This document shows positions 26,253 through 35,544 of a DNA stretch of 64,000 nt, piece after piece. The DNA is from Clostridia bacterium (GTDB taxonomy: Bacteria; Bacillota; Clostridia; Oscillospirales; Acutalibacteraceae). The stretch spans positions 625 to 64,624 of the forward strand of contig JAFRXS010000208.1 of assembly GCA_017443405.1 (NCBI GenBank). The letters run 5' to 3'. The stretch's first letter is position 1, and the number at the start of each line of letters is the position of its first letter. The notes under the pieces are model-generated. The model was given only the letters and a program-made list of their open reading frames with translations. It was not told where the DNA came from and ran no database searches. The position numbers were made by a program, and so were the translations under genes.

Positions 26253-27764
26253 ATGGGTTTGAGAGTATTACTGTTTAACGCGAATTTCAACGCGGAGACA
26301 TTGACATATGCAAGAATGAGCGGGTTGCCCCTCGGTGTCATGTCGATTGCGACCTATCTCAATAAAAACGGGCACGAAGCTTTTTTTGTCGACCGCTTCT
26401 ACGACTCGACCCCCCTTGACGAGCTGACCCTGCGCTATTCCCCCGACGTCGTCGGCATCGCGCTTATGTCGGACACGATGCTTCTCGACACGATGCGTTT
26501 AGGCGAGTATTTCAGGGACAATGGCGTACCCGTCGTTATCGGCGGAACGCACGCGTCCATTATCCCCGAGATGCTCATCCGCGAGGAAAAGGCGGATTAC
26601 GTGGTGATCGGCGAGGGGGAGCAGACCTGGCTCGAGCTCGCGGACGCGCTTCGCGACGGCGCCGACCCGCGTAAAGTCCCGGGGCTTTATTATTCCGACG
26701 GCGGGGAGCCTGTGTTCTCCGGTCAGAGAGAGCATATCGATCTTTCCGCTCTGGGGCCGACCGATTTTACCCTCGTGCCGGACGTCAGCAGGTATTTCCA
26801 GTCGGTCTATTTCTACGACAAGATGCTATACCTGTATATGTCGAAGGGCTGCACAGGAACCTGCCGCTTCTGCTTCAACCCCTATTTCCACCGCTGTCAG
26901 CGGCGCGTACGCCCGGTAGAACACCTTTTCGGCGAGATAGAGTATCTGATCCGAGAGTGCGGGCTGAAGACGGTTTATTTTGCCGACGAGCTGTGGGGGC
27001 TTACCCGAAGCGAGCGCGAGAGCTTTTACGCCGAGAAGAAAAGGCGCGGACTCGATTTCGTCTGGGGCTGTCAGACGCGTATCGGCGTGCTGAAACGCGA
27101 CGATATAAAAGAAATGCACGAAAACGGCTGCCGCTGGATAATGTTCGGCGTCGAGGCGCCGCCCGGCAAGCTCGAAAAGCTCGTAGACAAGCGTATCCCC
27201 TATAATCTTATCCAGCCCACGCTTCTCGACTGCCGCGCCGTGGGGATGATAACGAATATCTCGTTTATCATCAATTATCCGTTTACCGAAGAGCAGGATC
27301 TGAGGGATACGGTCTCGTTCGCGAAGACGCTTACCCCGACCTATATCAGCTTCCATTATTACGTTCCCCTTGAAAAAAGCGAGCTTTACGACATCATCGT
27401 GGAAAACGGCATGTACAAGCCGCCCGAAACGCTTGACGAGATGTCGCGCCGCTTTTTGTGGGAAACGGTAATTCCCGAGTTTTCCGACGTTCCCGAGATC
27501 GATTTCAGGGTCGTGCGCGGCTCGTTCCAGCTGAAATCCCTGCTCACCCGCACACCGCGCAGCTATTCCGGCGGGAAATCGTTTATCGTCGAGGCGGTCA
27601 AGAGCGTTCTGCTGAACCTCGGCGCGGGGACGTTCAGGACCCGGGTGACCGGCTTCTTTTATACCGCCAAATACTTTTTCGACACGGTCGGGAGCGTGTT
27701 GCTGCATCCGCGCATAAGAAAAAAATACGGTCTGGAGATCGGCTATATCTTACGCAGCGCGTAA
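26253..27764 (+). CDS. B12-binding-domain radical SAM protein, short class (rSAM-A1)
   Basis: The N-terminal Rossmann-like cobalamin-domain pattern is LRVLLFNAN...PLGVMSIATYLNKNGHEAFFVD...PDVVGIALMS...VPVVIGGTHAS. The 4Fe-4S motif is SKGCTGTCRFC (CxxxCxxC). It is a paralog of 48932..50416(-) and 60051..61517. Confidence 0.8.
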   Translation: MGLRVLLFNANFNAETLTYARMSGLPLGVMSIATYLNKNGHEAFFVDRFYDSTPLDELTLRYSPDVVGIALMSDTMLLDTMRLGEYFRDNGVPVVIGGTHASIIPEMLIREEKADYVVIGEGEQTWLELADALRDGADPRKVPGLYYSDGGEPVFSGQREHIDLSALGPTDFTLVPDVSRYFQSVYFYDKMLYLYMSKGCTGTCRFCFNPYFHRCQRRVRPVEHLFGEIEYLIRECGLKTVYFADELWGLTRSERESFYAEKKRRGLDFVWGCQTRIGVLKRDDIKEMHENGCRWIMFGVEAPPGKLEKLVDKRIPYNLIQPTLLDCRAVGMITNISFIINYPFTEEQDLRDTVSFAKTLTPTYISFHYYVPLEKSELYDIIVENGMYKPPETLDEMSRRFLWETVIPEFSDVPEIDFRVVRGSFQLKSLLTRTPRSYSGGKSFIVEAVKSVLLNLGAGTFRTRVTGFFYTAKYFFDTVGSVLLHPRIRKKYGLEIGYILRSA

Positions 27765-27778
27765 GAGGGAGACAGGAT

Positions 27779-29695
27779 TTGAGCAAAAGAAGGGTCTATC
27801 TGTTCCAGCCCACGTTTATGACGGGGTCTGACGTATATCTGCCGTACGCCATAGGCGCGCTGGCGTCATACGCATGGAAATTTGACTCCGTCCGCGATAA
27901 TTACGAGCTTGCCGGGGCTTTCTTCCTGCGCGAACCCGTAGACGACGTATTCGACAGGGTCGGGGACCCCGACGTCGCGGCTTTCAGCTGCTACATGTGG
28001 AATTACGAGTACAACAAGACCCTCGCTTCGCGTATCAAACGGAAATACCCCGAATGCTTCATCATCTTCGGCGGTCAGCAGGTCGCGCCCGGAGAGGGGG
28101 TCCTCGAGGAGTGTCCGTTTGTCGACGCGATCATCCACAATGAGGGCGAGATACCCTTCCGCGAGCTGCTCGAATGTCTCGCGGCCGGCGGCGACCCCTC
28201 GGAGGTCGGTTCGCTTTCGGTGAGGACGCCTCACGGCATCGTGACGACTCCGCCGTCGAAGAACAGGGATTTTGACTTTCCGTCGCCTTATCAGAGCGGT
28301 TTCTTTGAAAGCATCATCAAAAGATATCCCGATTTGAATTTCGTTCCCCTTGTGGAGACGAACAGGGGCTGCCCGAACAAATGCACGTACTGCAGCTGGG
28401 GCAGCATGAAGGCGGGAGTCAGGCTGTTCCCTATGTCGAGGGTCATGTACGATATAGAATGGTGCAGCAGTCACGGGCTTAAGTATCTCGTCATATCCGA
28501 CGCGAATTTCGGGATCATCCCGCGCGACGAGGAGATAACCGACAGAATAGTCGAGCTCAAAAAAAACACCGGCTGCCCCGAAAAGTTCCAGGTGTCCTAC
28601 ACTAAGGACTCCAACGACCGTGTTTTCAGGATAACCGAAAAACTCAACGCCAATAAGATGGACAAGGGAGTTACGCTGTCCTTCCAGACGATGTCGCCTA
28701 TCGTTCAGAAGAACATCGGCAGGGAAAACATAGATCTGGAAAGCTACAAGGCGCTGCTCAAAAGATATTCCGACGCAGGCATCCCGACTTATACCGAGCT
28801 TATCCTCGGACTTCCGGGCGAGACAGTCGAAAGTCTCACCGACGGCATAGAAGAACTGCTTGAAATGGGGCAGCACGTGGCGTTTTTCGTGCATATGTGC
28901 GAGTGGCTGCCCTGCGCCGAAATGGGAAACCGCGAGTATATGGAAAGATTCGGTCTCAAGTACAGCACGATACCGATAAACAGGGCGCATACCGCAAAAG
29001 GCTCCGGCGACGACATTCCCGAGTATTCGAGGATAATCACCGCGTCGTCGTCCATGTCCTCCGACGACTGGATACAAATGAACCTCATCTCCTACTGCGT
29101 CATCTGCTTCCATCATCTGGGGCTGCTGCAGTGTTTCGCGCTTTATCTCTACCGCGAAAAAGGCATAAGATACGTCGATTTCTATTCCGATCTGCTGAAA
29201 TACCTTCTTGAGAAGGATAACGGCGCGGCGCCGGTGTTCCGCTTTATCCGCGAGAGGCTCGCGGGGATCGTCAACGGCGAGGCGTCAGCCATCTGCTTCG
29301 ACGACAGATTCGGAGACGTCGCCTGGACGTTCGAGGAGTACGCGTATCTTACGGTCGTCGCCGAAAAGGATGAGTTTTATAAGGCCGTCGGGCCGTTCCT
29401 TAAAAAGTACGTCGGAAACGACGGCATATGCGACGAGATACTCCGGTATCAGTCGTTCATTATGAAATCCGTCGGCGATACCCGCCGCGAGTTCACCGGT
29501 ACGTACGACTGGAATAAGTATTTCGTCGCCCTGCGCTCCGGAAAGGACGCCGCGCTTGATAAAAGACCGGTCAGGTACGCGGTCAACGATCCGTCCGCCG
29601 TTCCCTCGTGGGACAGGTACGCCGTCGAAGTAATGTGGTACGGCAGAAAAGGCGGAAAGAACATTTATACCAACGAGATAGAATATGTCGGATGA
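27779..29695 (+). CDS. B12-binding-domain radical SAM protein, long class (rSAM-B1)
   Basis: ORF 27458..29695. The 5' 107 codons overlap the upstream gene and are Arg-rich nonsense. The TTG at 27779 follows GGGAGACAGGA. Supporting sequence: DVAAFSCYMWNYEYNKTLASRIKRKYPECFIIFGGQQV and ETNRGCPNKCTYCSWG. It is a paralog of 30407 and 32335. Confidence 0.8.
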   Translation: MSKRRVYLFQPTFMTGSDVYLPYAIGALASYAWKFDSVRDNYELAGAFFLREPVDDVFDRVGDPDVAAFSCYMWNYEYNKTLASRIKRKYPECFIIFGGQQVAPGEGVLEECPFVDAIIHNEGEIPFRELLECLAAGGDPSEVGSLSVRTPHGIVTTPPSKNRDFDFPSPYQSGFFESIIKRYPDLNFVPLVETNRGCPNKCTYCSWGSMKAGVRLFPMSRVMYDIEWCSSHGLKYLVISDANFGIIPRDEEITDRIVELKKNTGCPEKFQVSYTKDSNDRVFRITEKLNANKMDKGVTLSFQTMSPIVQKNIGRENIDLESYKALLKRYSDAGIPTYTELILGLPGETVESLTDGIEELLEMGQHVAFFVHMCEWLPCAEMGNREYMERFGLKYSTIPINRAHTAKGSGDDIPEYSRIITASSSMSSDDWIQMNLISYCVICFHHLGLLQCFALYLYREKGIRYVDFYSDLLKYLLEKDNGAAPVFRFIRERLAGIVNGEASAICFDDRFGDVAWTFEEYAYLTVVAEKDEFYKAVGPFLKKYVGNDGICDEILRYQSFIMKSVGDTRREFTGTYDWNKYFVALRSGKDAALDKRPVRYAVNDPSAVPSWDRYAVEVMWYGRKGGKNIYTNEIEYVG

Positions 29696-30410
29696 TTACA
29701 GGCTCTCGGTGCTCATCTGCGCCGTAGACGAGACGGAGTCCCTTGAAAAATGCGTCGCTCAGCTGAGGGACGCCGTGGACGCTTACGAATACGTTTTTGT
29801 TCTGTCGCGCGACTGTCTGCCCGAAACGAGGCGGACCGTACTGCGCTTATGCGAGGCGCCGGACTGCAGATACCTTGTCCAGGATTCCTACGGCTACGGC
29901 AACGCGATAAGAAACGGCATAGCCGCTACGGCTGGCACGCATATGCTCATGTGGACCGCGGACGGCGGGCTCGACGTGTCGTCGGTGCCGGAGATGAAAA
30001 GGATATCCGAGAGCGACCCGAAAAATATAGTCAAGGTCAGCAGATGGTTGCCCGGCGGCGGCTTCGTGAACTACGGAAGGTTAAGAAAGATCGCGAATTA
30101 TCTGTCGCAGAAGGCATTCGCCGTTCTGTACGGCGTAAAGCTCACCGACTTTACGAACGGGGCGCTAATCGCCCCCCTCGACTTATTCAAAAACATCAGA
30201 TGGGACAATAAGGATTTCTCCTTCGTTCCCGAAATGATATTCAAGCCCCTGCGCCTCGGCGTGCGTTTCACTGAGGTGCCGTGCGTCAACTACGAGCGCC
30301 GCGAGGGCGTCTCGCACGTGTCCTTCGCCCATCTCGTAAAGTATTATCTGGTCATATTCAGGATCAGATTCGAGGACAGATCGAAATTGATCTTAAACTC
30401 CGGTAAATGA
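29685..30410 (+). CDS. family-2 glycosyltransferase, soluble DPM1/Ppm1-like type
   Basis: LSVLICAVDETESL (GT-A N-terminus), YGYGNAIRNG and WTADGG (DxD-like). There are no TM helices. The gene overlaps both flanking rSAM genes. Confidence 0.7.
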   Translation: MSDDYRLSVLICAVDETESLEKCVAQLRDAVDAYEYVFVLSRDCLPETRRTVLRLCEAPDCRYLVQDSYGYGNAIRNGIAATAGTHMLMWTADGGLDVSSVPEMKRISESDPKNIVKVSRWLPGGGFVNYGRLRKIANYLSQKAFAVLYGVKLTDFTNGALIAPLDLFKNIRWDNKDFSFVPEMIFKPLRLGVRFTEVPCVNYERREGVSHVSFAHLVKYYLVIFRIRFEDRSKLILNSGK

Positions 30411-32338
30411 AAAAACTCTGTTTCGTTCAGCCTAATAACGCGTACGGCGGGTCGTATTATTTTCCCTACGCCTGCGGCTGTCTCGCCGCGTACGCTTACT
30501 CCGACGAACGGATAAGAGCGTCTTACGGAAAACCGGTATTCTTCTACAGGCGCGATCCCGTCGACGAAGTGCTCGACAGGATGGAGGGCGTCGACGTCGC
30601 GGCGTTTTCGTGCCTCGTTTACACGTTCGAGTACAATAAAGCGCTCGCGAAGAAAGTCAAGGAGAGATACCCCGGCTGCGCCGTTGTTTTCGGCGGTCAC
30701 GTGATCTCCGACAATTACGACGTTTTCCCGGAACTGCCTTACGTCGATTACCTCGTTTACGGCGAGGGCGAGCGGGCGTTCAGGGACGTGCTGGACTGCA
30801 TAGACGGCTTGCGCGATCCGCATTCGGTGCCGAATATCGCTTTCCGCGACGGCGGGCGCATAGTCAAAACGCCGCGCGAATACCCGGACTCTCTCGACGA
30901 CCTCCCGTCGCCGTATCTCACGGGCATGTTCGACGGCATAATAGAAGAGGATCCGGACGCGCTTTTCTCCGCGTCGGTCGAGACGAACAGGGGCTGTCCC
31001 TACGGCTGCGCGTACTGCGACTGGAGCTTCACTAAAAAAATACGGGCGTTCCCGATAGACCGGGTCAAGCGGGAGATAGACTGGTTCGGCAGGCACGGTA
31101 TAGACTACGTTTTCTGCACCGACGGCAATTTCGGCATACTCGAGCGCGACGTCGAGATCGCGCGTTTCGTCTGCGAAACGAAGAAAAAATACGGTTTTCC
31201 GCATATTTTCAACGCGGACTACGCGAAAAAGAGCAACGACAGGGTCTTCGATATCTCCCGTATGTTTTTCGATCTGGGACTCACAAAGGGAGTCACGCTG
31301 TCTTTCCAGTCGGTCAACGAACAGGCGCTCAAAAACATCGGCAGGGAGAATTTTTCGCTCGACGAGTTTTCGCGGCTGATAAAAAAATACAACGAGTACG
31401 GCATCCCGACTTACACGGAGATGATACTCGGCCTGCCCGGCGAAACGCGGGACAGCTTCTGCCGCGGACTTTGCGACCTGATAGAATCCGGGCAGCAGAA
31501 CGCGATATCTGTTTTTTCCTGCCAGGTCTATCACAACGCCGTTATGGGGGATCCGGACTACCGGCGGCGCTTCGGGATAAAGACCGCGCACGTGCCCCAG
31601 AACATCTGGCACAGGAGCGTGCAGGAGGACGATATCGCCGAATATACGGACGTCGTCGTCGAGACCGCGACGATGCCGTTCGAGGATACTCTGCGGTGCC
31701 TTATGTTCACCGCGTGCCTCCAGTGTTTCCATAATATCGGTCTTCTCAAGTTTTTCGCGCTTTACCTCAGATATGAGAAAAACGTGAGTTATTACGGTTT
31801 CTACTCGGCGCTGTTTGAATATATACTCAACAGCGAAGGGACGCTCCTCAACTCGATATTCCGCAGGCTCATCTCGGAGTGCAGGGAGTTCAAATACGGC
31901 GAGTGGTCGTATTTCGACCCGAGGTTCGGCGATATCGGCTGGTTCATGGAGGAGGGCGTTTTTATGGAAACGGTCTGCTCTTTCGACCGGTTCAGCCGCG
32001 AGATAACGCCTTTCCTCAGTAGTTTCGGCGTCGCGCCCGACGTATTCGGAGAGCTCCTGCGTTATCAGCGGTTCACTCTTTTGATGCCGGGGATGACTCG
32101 CGCGAGCGCCGAATTCGACTACGACTTCTACTCCTATTTCAACCGCGCGCTCATAGGCGAGCGCAGCCGTCTTGAAAAAAAACGGACCCGGATAAGCGTT
32201 AAGATCGCCGAGCCCGTATCCGACTGGAAGGAATACGCCCTGAAGATAATGCTTCGCGGAAAGAAAAAGGGCAGACCGCTGATCGTAAACGACAGGGAGA
32301 ACGTAGAGATCTCTTACCCGAATGGTGAAGGACAATGA
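30407..32338 (+). CDS. B12-binding-domain radical SAM protein, long class (rSAM-B2)
   Basis: DVAAFSCLVYTFEYNKALAKKVKERYPGCAVVFGGHV and ETNRGCPYGCAYCDWS. ATGA overlaps occur at both ends. Confidence 0.8.
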   Translation: MKKLCFVQPNNAYGGSYYFPYACGCLAAYAYSDERIRASYGKPVFFYRRDPVDEVLDRMEGVDVAAFSCLVYTFEYNKALAKKVKERYPGCAVVFGGHVISDNYDVFPELPYVDYLVYGEGERAFRDVLDCIDGLRDPHSVPNIAFRDGGRIVKTPREYPDSLDDLPSPYLTGMFDGIIEEDPDALFSASVETNRGCPYGCAYCDWSFTKKIRAFPIDRVKREIDWFGRHGIDYVFCTDGNFGILERDVEIARFVCETKKKYGFPHIFNADYAKKSNDRVFDISRMFFDLGLTKGVTLSFQSVNEQALKNIGRENFSLDEFSRLIKKYNEYGIPTYTEMILGLPGETRDSFCRGLCDLIESGQQNAISVFSCQVYHNAVMGDPDYRRRFGIKTAHVPQNIWHRSVQEDDIAEYTDVVVETATMPFEDTLRCLMFTACLQCFHNIGLLKFFALYLRYEKNVSYYGFYSALFEYILNSEGTLLNSIFRRLISECREFKYGEWSYFDPRFGDIGWFMEEGVFMETVCSFDRFSREITPFLSSFGVAPDVFGELLRYQRFTLLMPGMTRASAEFDYDFYSYFNRALIGERSRLEKKRTRISVKIAEPVSDWKEYALKIMLRGKKKGRPLIVNDRENVEISYPNGEGQ

Positions 32339-34245
32339 AAAAGCACGTTTATTTTGTTCAGGTGGGCTTCGAATTCGACGGAGCGGTGTATCTTCCGTAC
32401 GCCGCCGGCGCAATGATCGCTTACGCGCGGACCGTACCTGAGATAACGGATAATTACGATTTCCCGGATATCATCTATATGCGGGAAAAGCTCGCCGACG
32501 CGCTCGAAAAGATAAAGGACCCCGCCGTCGTCGCTTTCTCCTGCAGCGTATGGAATATCGAATACAACAAGGAGCTGGCGAGGCGCGTAAAGGAGCGATA
32601 TCCCGACTGCGTCATCTGCTTCGGCGGTCACAGCGTGCTTGAAAACGGCGAACTCCTCTCTCAGGCGGAATATATCGACATCCTGACCTTCGGCGAGGGC
32701 GAGCAGACGATGACGAACCTGATGCTCAATCTCCTTCACGGAGAGCCAGAAAAAACAAAGAACGCTGCTTTCCGCAGGGGCGGGGAGACGATCTGCACCG
32801 AGAGGGAGTATTACTACGACATTTCGAATTATCCCTCGCCCTATCTGACGGGCGAGTTCGATGAGCTCATGAGCAAAAAGACCGACGTCGAATGGCTGAC
32901 GGTGCTCGAGACCAACCGCGGCTGCCCGTATTCCTGCGCGTACTGCGACTGGACGGGCGGGCGTCGCATGCGCTTTTTCCCGATCGAGAAGGTGCTGGGC
33001 GAGGTCACGTGGCTCGCGGAGCATAAGGTGACCTACTGCTTCTGCGGCGATTCGAATTTCGGTATGTACGACCGCGACGTCGATATCGCGGATTTTATAG
33101 TCGAAACCAAGAAGAAATACGGCTACCCGCAGGTCTTCCGGCCCTGTTACGAAAAGAACAGCGAGGACAGAGTCTTCCGTATCTGCAAGGCGCTCAACAG
33201 CGTCAAGCTCGACAAGGGCGCGACATTCGCCTATCAGACGCTTTGTGACGAAGCGCTTAAAAACATCGGCAGGAAGAATCTGACGATGGAGCATTTCTCC
33301 GGGCTCATGAAAAAATACAACGAGGAGGGCATACCGTCTTATTCGGAGCTCATCCTCGGACTTCCGGGCGAAACGCTGGACAGCTTCTGCCGCGGCATTT
33401 GCCGCCTGCTTGAAAACGGCCAGCACAATTCGCTTTCCGTCTACTACTGCGAGGTGCTTCCGAATTCCCGTCTTGCAGAGCCGGACTATATAAAACAGCA
33501 CGGCATAGACATCATAAGGGTCGCGTTCAACCATCTGCACAGCGCCCCGGGCAAAGACGAGGAGGTAAAAGAATACTCTAACCTCGTCCGGGCGACGGCC
33601 TCGATGAGCCGCGACGACTGGACCGCGTCGAACCTGTTCTCGATATGCGTGCAGGTGTTCCACAGCCTCGGCGTGCTGCGCTGCTTCGGTATGTATCTGC
33701 ACAGCGAGGGCGGCATGAGCTACTACGATTTTTACGGCAGTCTGCTCGAGTTTATCCAAAACTCCGACGGCAGGCTCCATTCCCTTTGGGAGAGCTTCAA
33801 GAACAAGTACGATCACTCGCTCGAGGGCGACTGGAACTATTACAACGAAAAGTTCGGCAACGTGACCTGGTTCTTCGAGGAAGGCGCTTTCATAGAGATA
33901 GCCGACGAGCCCGATCTGTTCTACGGGGAACTGAAGCCGTTCCTCGATTCCCTCGATATGGAGCCGGAGCTTAAAAATCAACTGCTGCGCTATCAGCGGC
34001 TTATCCTGAGGATGCCGGATTCCTCGCCGAGGACGGAGACCTTCGACTGGGATTTCCATTCGTTCATCAACGCGGTATTCCGCAGCGAACCGGCTAAACT
34101 GGTCAAAAAGAAGACAAGGGTGAGCATAAAGCCCGAAATGCATTTCAGGGATATCGCGCAGTACGGCAAGGAAGCCGTCTGGTGGGGCAGACGCCGCGGC
34201 GACACGATGATCTCAAACAGGGAAATGACGGTAGAATATATCTGA
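32335..34245 (+). CDS. B12-binding-domain radical SAM protein, long class (rSAM-B3)
   Basis: AVVAFSCSVWNIEYNKELARRVKERYPDCVICFGGHSV and ETNRGCPYSCAYCDWT. Confidence 0.8.
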   Translation: MKKHVYFVQVGFEFDGAVYLPYAAGAMIAYARTVPEITDNYDFPDIIYMREKLADALEKIKDPAVVAFSCSVWNIEYNKELARRVKERYPDCVICFGGHSVLENGELLSQAEYIDILTFGEGEQTMTNLMLNLLHGEPEKTKNAAFRRGGETICTEREYYYDISNYPSPYLTGEFDELMSKKTDVEWLTVLETNRGCPYSCAYCDWTGGRRMRFFPIEKVLGEVTWLAEHKVTYCFCGDSNFGMYDRDVDIADFIVETKKKYGYPQVFRPCYEKNSEDRVFRICKALNSVKLDKGATFAYQTLCDEALKNIGRKNLTMEHFSGLMKKYNEEGIPSYSELILGLPGETLDSFCRGICRLLENGQHNSLSVYYCEVLPNSRLAEPDYIKQHGIDIIRVAFNHLHSAPGKDEEVKEYSNLVRATASMSRDDWTASNLFSICVQVFHSLGVLRCFGMYLHSEGGMSYYDFYGSLLEFIQNSDGRLHSLWESFKNKYDHSLEGDWNYYNEKFGNVTWFFEEGAFIEIADEPDLFYGELKPFLDSLDMEPELKNQLLRYQRLILRMPDSSPRTETFDWDFHSFINAVFRSEPAKLVKKKTRVSIKPEMHFRDIAQYGKEAVWWGRRRGDTMISNREMTVEYI

Positions 34246-34287
34246 TTTTCGGTACCGGTTTCGTAATGAAGAGCTGAGCCCGTTCTT

Positions 34288-35544
34288 ATGAAGAAAATGA
34301 TCGGCAGGTACAGATACGGCGCGTGGATATTCCTCCTCGGGGGGATATACGCGTTCGTTTTCCCCGGAGCTCTCGCGCCGTGGCGTGAGGGCGCCGTTCC
34401 GTATGTCTTCTATCTTGTCGACTACAGTATGGGCTTCTGCACGCGGTTTCTGCCCGGGGCGGTATACAAGCTTCTTATCGGCGTATACACGCATGAAGCC
34501 GAGACCGCGTTCGTCATCGTTCTCCAGACGCTGTTTTTCGCCGCTGCGTCCCTTGTGTGCGGAAGGCTCGTGTCGCGCGTCGAGTCCGAAAACCGGCCCT
34601 GCGTCCTCCTGCTTCTGTTTTTCCTATTTACGGGACCGTATTCGCTTTCGATATTCAGCGCGACGCCCGGCATGCTCGATTTTTACTGGCTTCTTTTTTC
34701 TTTTGCGGCGGTCCTTTTGATCGCGAACAAAAAGACGGTATGGCTTGCCGTCCCGTTTTTCGCGCTTCTTATTCTCGTCCATTACGCGTCTGTTTTTACC
34801 TATATCCCGCTTCTCGCTCTGCTGCTTCTTTATAAGGCGGTCTATTCCCCGGGCGGGAGCGAAAGACGGACGTACGTTGCCGTGCTTGCCGTTTCTCTCG
34901 CGCTTGCCGCCGGGCTGTTTGTGTATTTCGTTCTGTTCGAGCGCAGCAATCTTACTTACCCGCTCGAAGAATTTGCGGAAATACTCTATTCCCGCGGGGC
35001 CGGAAAGGGAATGGATGTATATTATGATTACGTTCTCTACCGCGATCTTATTGACCCGGAGACGAAAGCGCGAATGGCGGCGGAAAAGGGGCTGACCGAT
35101 TTCGGCGGCGACGCCTCCGCGCTTACCGGTGGATTGGCTGGCCTTATCCGCGTCGTTCTGCAGCAGATCGGCTCGACCGTCGTGCTGTGGGACCTTGACG
35201 GCAAGGTGCCCGCCATGCTGATCTCTCTGCCCGCGGCCGCTCTGCTTTTTGTCTTCGTGTTCTATATTGTAAAAAAAGAACACGGTTTTATGAAAAGGCT
35301 CGCGCTCGTCGGCGGACCGCTCGTTTATCTGCTTGCCGCCGTCGGAGGCTGCCTGTTCTCGAGCGATATCAACAGATGGCTCTCGCACGCCTTCGTCGCG
35401 CTTTTCGTTTTCGTCCTTTTCCTGATGAACGAGCGGCGCGGCTGCGAAGCGTTTTTTAAAAAGGCTTTCAAACGCCTGCCCTCGGTCCTGATCTTCGCCT
35501 ATATGTTCATATACGCTGTCACGGTGGTGGCGCCTTATGACTGA
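34288..35544 (+). CDS. polytopic membrane protein, tandem paralog 1 of 4 (unknown family)
   Basis: About 10 TM helices. Shared motifs are VDYSMGFCTRFLPGAVY after TM1, TGPYS, GMLDFYW, HYAS and SSDINRWLSHA. Confidence 0.6.
   Translation: MKKMIGRYRYGAWIFLLGGIYAFVFPGALAPWREGAVPYVFYLVDYSMGFCTRFLPGAVYKLLIGVYTHEAETAFVIVLQTLFFAAASLVCGRLVSRVESENRPCVLLLLFFLFTGPYSLSIFSATPGMLDFYWLLFSFAAVLLIANKKTVWLAVPFFALLILVHYASVFTYIPLLALLLLYKAVYSPGGSERRTYVAVLAVSLALAAGLFVYFVLFERSNLTYPLEEFAEILYSRGAGKGMDVYYDYVLYRDLIDPETKARMAAEKGLTDFGGDASALTGGLAGLIRVVLQQIGSTVVLWDLDGKVPAMLISLPAAALLFVFVFYIVKKEHGFMKRLALVGGPLVYLLAAVGGCLFSSDINRWLSHAFVALFVFVLFLMNERRGCEAFFKKAFKRLPSVLIFAYMFIYAVTVVAPYD

Noticed and set aside
27458-27778. A 107-codon N-terminal extension of rSAM-B1 in the ORF track.
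   Set aside because: It overlaps the 3' end of rSAM-A1 in another frame and is Arg-rich nonsense. Paralogs B2 and B3 start at the equivalent of 27779, where a TTG follows a strong RBS.
26253-34245. A RiPP biosynthetic cluster, given the multiple class-B radical SAM enzymes as in proteusin or polytheonamide-type pathways.
   Set aside because: No small precursor-peptide ORF, leader peptidase, RiPP recognition element protein or exporter is visible. The genes are packed with overlaps that leave no room, and the companions are glycosyltransferases and an aminotransferase.
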